Source of the DNA: Enterococcus sp.
Lineage (GTDB): Bacteria > Bacillota > Bacilli > Lactobacillales > Enterococcaceae
Direction: 5' to 3'
DNA: 64,000 bases
Assembly (NCBI GenBank): GCA_047975385.1
Contig: JBKEDL010000073.1
Span: forward strand, 11,719-75,718
Shown here: one piece after another, positions 61,179 to 64,000 of the stretch
Position numbering within the stretch: position 1 is the first letter of the stretch
How the letters are laid out: every line of letters begins with the position of its first letter
Made by a program: the position numbers and the translations under genes
Notes under the pieces: model-generated
What the model saw: the letters and a program-made list of their open reading frames with translations, nothing else
Databases searched by the model: none
Told to the model about the DNA's origin: nothing

Positions 61179-62357
61179 ATGGAAACAAAAGATCGTTTCA
61201 AGAAGCAAATCAGTTCCACAGGTAGAATCACATGGTATTTCCAAGCGTACCGGACAACAAGACGTGGCTTTAAGTCAAAACGTGAGGCACAACTCGCTTA
61301 TCTTGAAATGGAGAAACAACAAAGGCTTAAGAAAAAAATTGTTGCAAGCAATGACAAGTTTAGTGTTGTAGGTGAGCAATGGTTCCAATATTACCATTCG
61401 TTAAATGAGCAAAAGGAAACAACCTATGATAAGCGAGAAGAACAATTAAAAATTATTGTTCGATGGATTGGTGATAAAAAGTTATCTGATTTATCACCTG
61501 ACTGCCTTCAAGAACTACTTTTTACCTTAAAGGAATGTGGCGTTAATGGAACAAATGTTGGCTATGCCAAAAATAGTTTACAATCACTTATTCAAGTTCT
61601 GAATATGGTTTTCAAATACTGCCAAAGAAAGAATTTGATAAGTGAAAACCCAATGAAGTCTGTGAGAATGCCAAAATATCAGTTAACGGTAACTGATTTA
61701 AAAGAAGCCGTGAATAATATTGAGGACAAGTTTCTTACTGTCGATGAATCGAGAACTTTTTTGAATTATGGCATTGTTCATGAGGAGTTACCAATGTCTG
61801 TACTATTCCATGTTCTATTTTACACTGGTTGCCGTGTCAGCGAGGCTCTTGCTCTACAACCTGAAGATATAGATTTCAAAAGAAATGAAATTCTATTCTA
61901 TAAGCAAACGGCAGTTAAAGGTAAGAGCAAGGATTTTCGAATTGAAACTACTAAGACAGTTAGTTCTGCTAGACGAGTTCTAGTAACTCCTCTAGTTATG
62001 GAAAAGTTACAACAGTTGATTAAGGCTTTGGATGAGATGAGGCAACACTATCGGTTTACTATAGAAGAAACATATTTGTTTGTGTATCTTGATTCTAGTA
62101 AACGTGGTGTTCCTTATCGTCGAGAGTATGTAAATGATCACGTCAAACGGTGTGTGAATCGCTCAGGAATTAATAAGCCATTTCATACTCATTTAGCTCG
62201 ACATACAATGGCAAGCTTAGTAGCGGAACACTGTAGCTGGGAAGTCTTGAAGGATCGCTTAGGCCATACTGACCAAACAACTTCAAAAATTTATCGCCAC
62301 TTAACGTCAAATGAAAAGGTAAAACCTCTGCTTGCTTTTAATTCTTTAGAAGGTTAA
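61179..62357 (+). CDS. int: Tyrosine recombinase (integrase)
   Basis: RRGFKSKREA arm domain; TGCRVSE, TKT, HLARH, LGH, IYRH. Confidence 0.95.
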   Translation: METKDRFKKQISSTGRITWYFQAYRTTRRGFKSKREAQLAYLEMEKQQRLKKKIVASNDKFSVVGEQWFQYYHSLNEQKETTYDKREEQLKIIVRWIGDKKLSDLSPDCLQELLFTLKECGVNGTNVGYAKNSLQSLIQVLNMVFKYCQRKNLISENPMKSVRMPKYQLTVTDLKEAVNNIEDKFLTVDESRTFLNYGIVHEELPMSVLFHVLFYTGCRVSEALALQPEDIDFKRNEILFYKQTAVKGKSKDFRIETTKTVSSARRVLVTPLVMEKLQQLIKALDEMRQHYRFTIEETYLFVYLDSSKRGVPYRREYVNDHVKRCVNRSGINKPFHTHLARHTMASLVAEHCSWEVLKDRLGHTDQTTSKIYRHLTSNEKVKPLLAFNSLEG

Positions 62358-62479
62358 AAAAACGGTGAAACCACTGGTATTACAGGATTCTTGAAAAACG
62401 ATTTTTTAACAAATTAGTCAATATGTAGTCAGAGGTAATACAAATCCTTTTATATCAATGCTTTAACGACTTTTCACAA

Positions 62480-62502
62480 GTATCAAAGAAATCCGTCGTT
62501 AA
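62480..62502 (+). repeat. att core at the integrase end plus displaced native rplS tail
   Basis: GTATCAAAGAAAT followed by CCGTCGTTAA (IKEIRR*). Confidence 0.93.
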
Positions 62503-62521
62503 TCAAAACTTATCGAATGGT

Positions 62522-62554
62522 AAAGCCCTTGATTTTGAAATCAAGGGCTTTTTT
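62522..62554. terminator. Original rplS (bidirectional) terminator
   Basis: AAAGCCCTTGATTT-TG-AAATCAAGGGCTTTTTT. Confidence 0.85.
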
Positions 62555-62558
62555 CTAT

Positions 62559-62999
62559 TCAATCAAAAGGATTAGCTAGTTGTGAATTGGCTTTTTCTTT
62601 TTTTACAAAGGCAATTTTTTCTTCAATGATTGCTTGCGCCTTTTCATCGGTATAGTCGGCAATTTTTTGTTCGACTTCAATTAAATCCCGACTAAGTTGC
62701 GCTTGTTGTTGTTTGATTTGTTCAGCGTGCTTACTCAGTAGTTCTTTGCGCTCTTCAATCGAAGGGACGCCTTGCATGCATAAGGCAATATACTTTTGAA
62801 TCGCTTTAATCGGCATGCCGGTGTTTTTCAAACAGGTGATGGTCTTTAGAAAAGCTAAGTCACTTTCGGTGAAGACCCGATAGCCGTTGCGATCTTTTTG
62901 CACGAATGGCAGTAAGTTTTGTTTGTCGTAATAGCGTAACGTTGAAACCGGCAAGTCAAACATTTCAGCGACTTCACTAATTAAATAAGTTTTTTTCAT
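62559..62999 (-). CDS. MerR-family regulator (host)
   Basis: STLRYYDK..LLP, ITCLKNTGMPI. Confidence 0.92.
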   Translation of the reverse strand: MKKTYLISEVAEMFDLPVSTLRYYDKQNLLPFVQKDRNGYRVFTESDLAFLKTITCLKNTGMPIKAIQKYIALCMQGVPSIEERKELLSKHAEQIKQQQAQLSRDLIEVEQKIADYTDEKAQAIIEEKIAFVKKEKANSQLANPFD

Positions 63000-63017
63000 T
63001 ATTTCCTCCACTTTTGC

Positions 63018-63048
63018 TTGCTATGAACCATGGTTTAGGGTTTAAGCT
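63018..63048 (+). promoter_or_regulatory. MerR-type 19-bp-spacer promoter
   Basis: TTGCTA-19-TAAGCT with an AACCATGGTT palindrome. Confidence 0.65.
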
Positions 63049-63090
63049 AAGTTTATCGTAATTAGAAAATGGCGTAAAGGAATGAAACTG

Positions 63091-64000
63091 ATGAAGAAGA
63101 AAAGTTATTTAGTAACCGGTGGTAGTGGATTTTTAGGACTGCACTTAATCTTACAGTTATTAAATCAAGGGGAATTCGTGCGAACGACCTTGCGTTCACT
63201 AGAGAAACAAGCCGAAGTGATCGCGACGTTAAAAAAGGCCGGTGCGCAGAATTTGGATAAGCTAGAATTCGTCCAGGCTGATTTATTATCCGATGACGGA
63301 TGGCAAGAGGCAATGACTGAGATTGAAGGGGTTTTTAGTGTCGCTTCGCCGGTCTTTTTTGGGAAAGTAACTAATCCTGATGAGATTATTGAAACCTCAC
63401 GCTTAGGGATTCAACGGATTTTACATTTTGCTAAAGGCATGCACGTCAAACGCGTCGTAATGACGTCAAATTTTGGTGCGGTTGGTTTTAGTGAGAAGGC
63501 TAAGGCTGGTGGTGTGACAACGGAACGGAATTGGACCAACGAGTCAGAAAAAGGCTTATCCATTTATGAAAAATCGAAACTGCTAGCTGAAAAAGAAGCG
63601 TGGGGAATTGCCAATCAGCCAGAAACAACTTTTGAATTCGTGACGGTCAACCCAGTCGCAATTTTTGGTCCGAGTTTAAATGCTCATACCTCAGGCAGTG
63701 TGTCATTAATCACTAATTTACTGGATGGCTCAATGAAACGTGTCCCACAAATTCCGTTAAATATTGTGGATGTTCGTGATGTTGCAAGTGCGCACGTATT
63801 AGCGATGATGATACCAAAAGCTGCTGGCAATCGTTTTATTCTTTCGGCCGCTGGTATGATTACATTAACGGAAATTGCCCAAATGATTAAAAAGGATCGT
63901 CCGCTAGTGTCGCAAAAAGTTTCTGGTAAAAAATTACCAGATTGGGTGATTCATATTGGTGCTACCTTCAATCAACACGCAGCGGAAGGGGAACTATTAC
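63091..64000 (+). CDS. NAD-dependent epimerase/aldehyde reductase (partial)
   Basis: LVTGGSGFLG, YEKSK, VDVRDVA; runs off the window. Confidence 0.88.
   Translation, partial: MKKKSYLVTGGSGFLGLHLILQLLNQGEFVRTTLRSLEKQAEVIATLKKAGAQNLDKLEFVQADLLSDDGWQEAMTEIEGVFSVASPVFFGKVTNPDEIIETSRLGIQRILHFAKGMHVKRVVMTSNFGAVGFSEKAKAGGVTTERNWTNESEKGLSIYEKSKLLAEKEAWGIANQPETTFEFVTVNPVAIFGPSLNAHTSGSVSLITNLLDGSMKRVPQIPLNIVDVRDVASAHVLAMMIPKAAGNRFILSAAGMITLTEIAQMIKKDRPLVSQKVSGKKLPDWVIHIGATFNQHAAEGELL

Larger units (their letters stand above)
10821..62492 (+). mobile_element. Tn916/ICEBs1-family integrative conjugative element in the rplS 3' end (~51.7 kb)
   Basis: 13-bp direct repeat at both ends, tyrosine integrase, MOBT relaxase, oriT, Tn916-like conjugation gene order. 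Confidence 0.95.

Noticed and set aside
127..63313. Numerous short antisense or nested ORFs in the track (e.g. 127-426, 9951-10310, 27377-27805, 63062-63313)
   Set aside because: Shadows of well-supported genes, with no RBS or motifs
1..64000. CRISPR array, tRNA or rRNA
   Set aside because: No spaced direct-repeat array or recognisable stable RNA seen by eye

Overview
Enterococcus-like chromosomal window. Core genes at 1-10843 (ylxM, ffh, a GntR/ABC module, tag, rpsP-khpA-rimM-trmD-rplS) and a MerR/epimerase pair at 62559-64000 flank a complete ~51.7-kb Tn916/ICEBs1-family (MOBT) ICE. The ICE is integrated into the 3' end of rplS, with the 13-bp core GTATCAAAGAAAT at 10821-10833 and 62480-62492, and it supplies a synonymous replacement tail and terminator for rplS. 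It carries an 11-34 kb conjugation module: a frameshifted thioester-type LPXTG adhesin, orf23/22/21/20/19/ardA/17/16/15/14/13 homologs and an oriT. Two related group II introns interrupt it, one immediately after the catalytic Cys codon of an orphan C5 DNA methyltransferase and one in the NlpC/P60 domain of the conjugative hydrolase; both can be spliced in silico to restore intact ORFs. A stand-alone HEPN-motif gene sits after ardA. The ~25-kb cargo holds oxidoreductases, CMD/cupin/flavodoxin proteins, MFS and TMEM175 genes, five regulators, and IS3 and BglG/RAT relics. The right end has orf7/orf8-like regulators, a boxA-containing non-coding region (candidate cis-acting antiterminator RNA), xis and a tyrosine integrase. 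All calls come from motif recognition by eye; no database searches were run.
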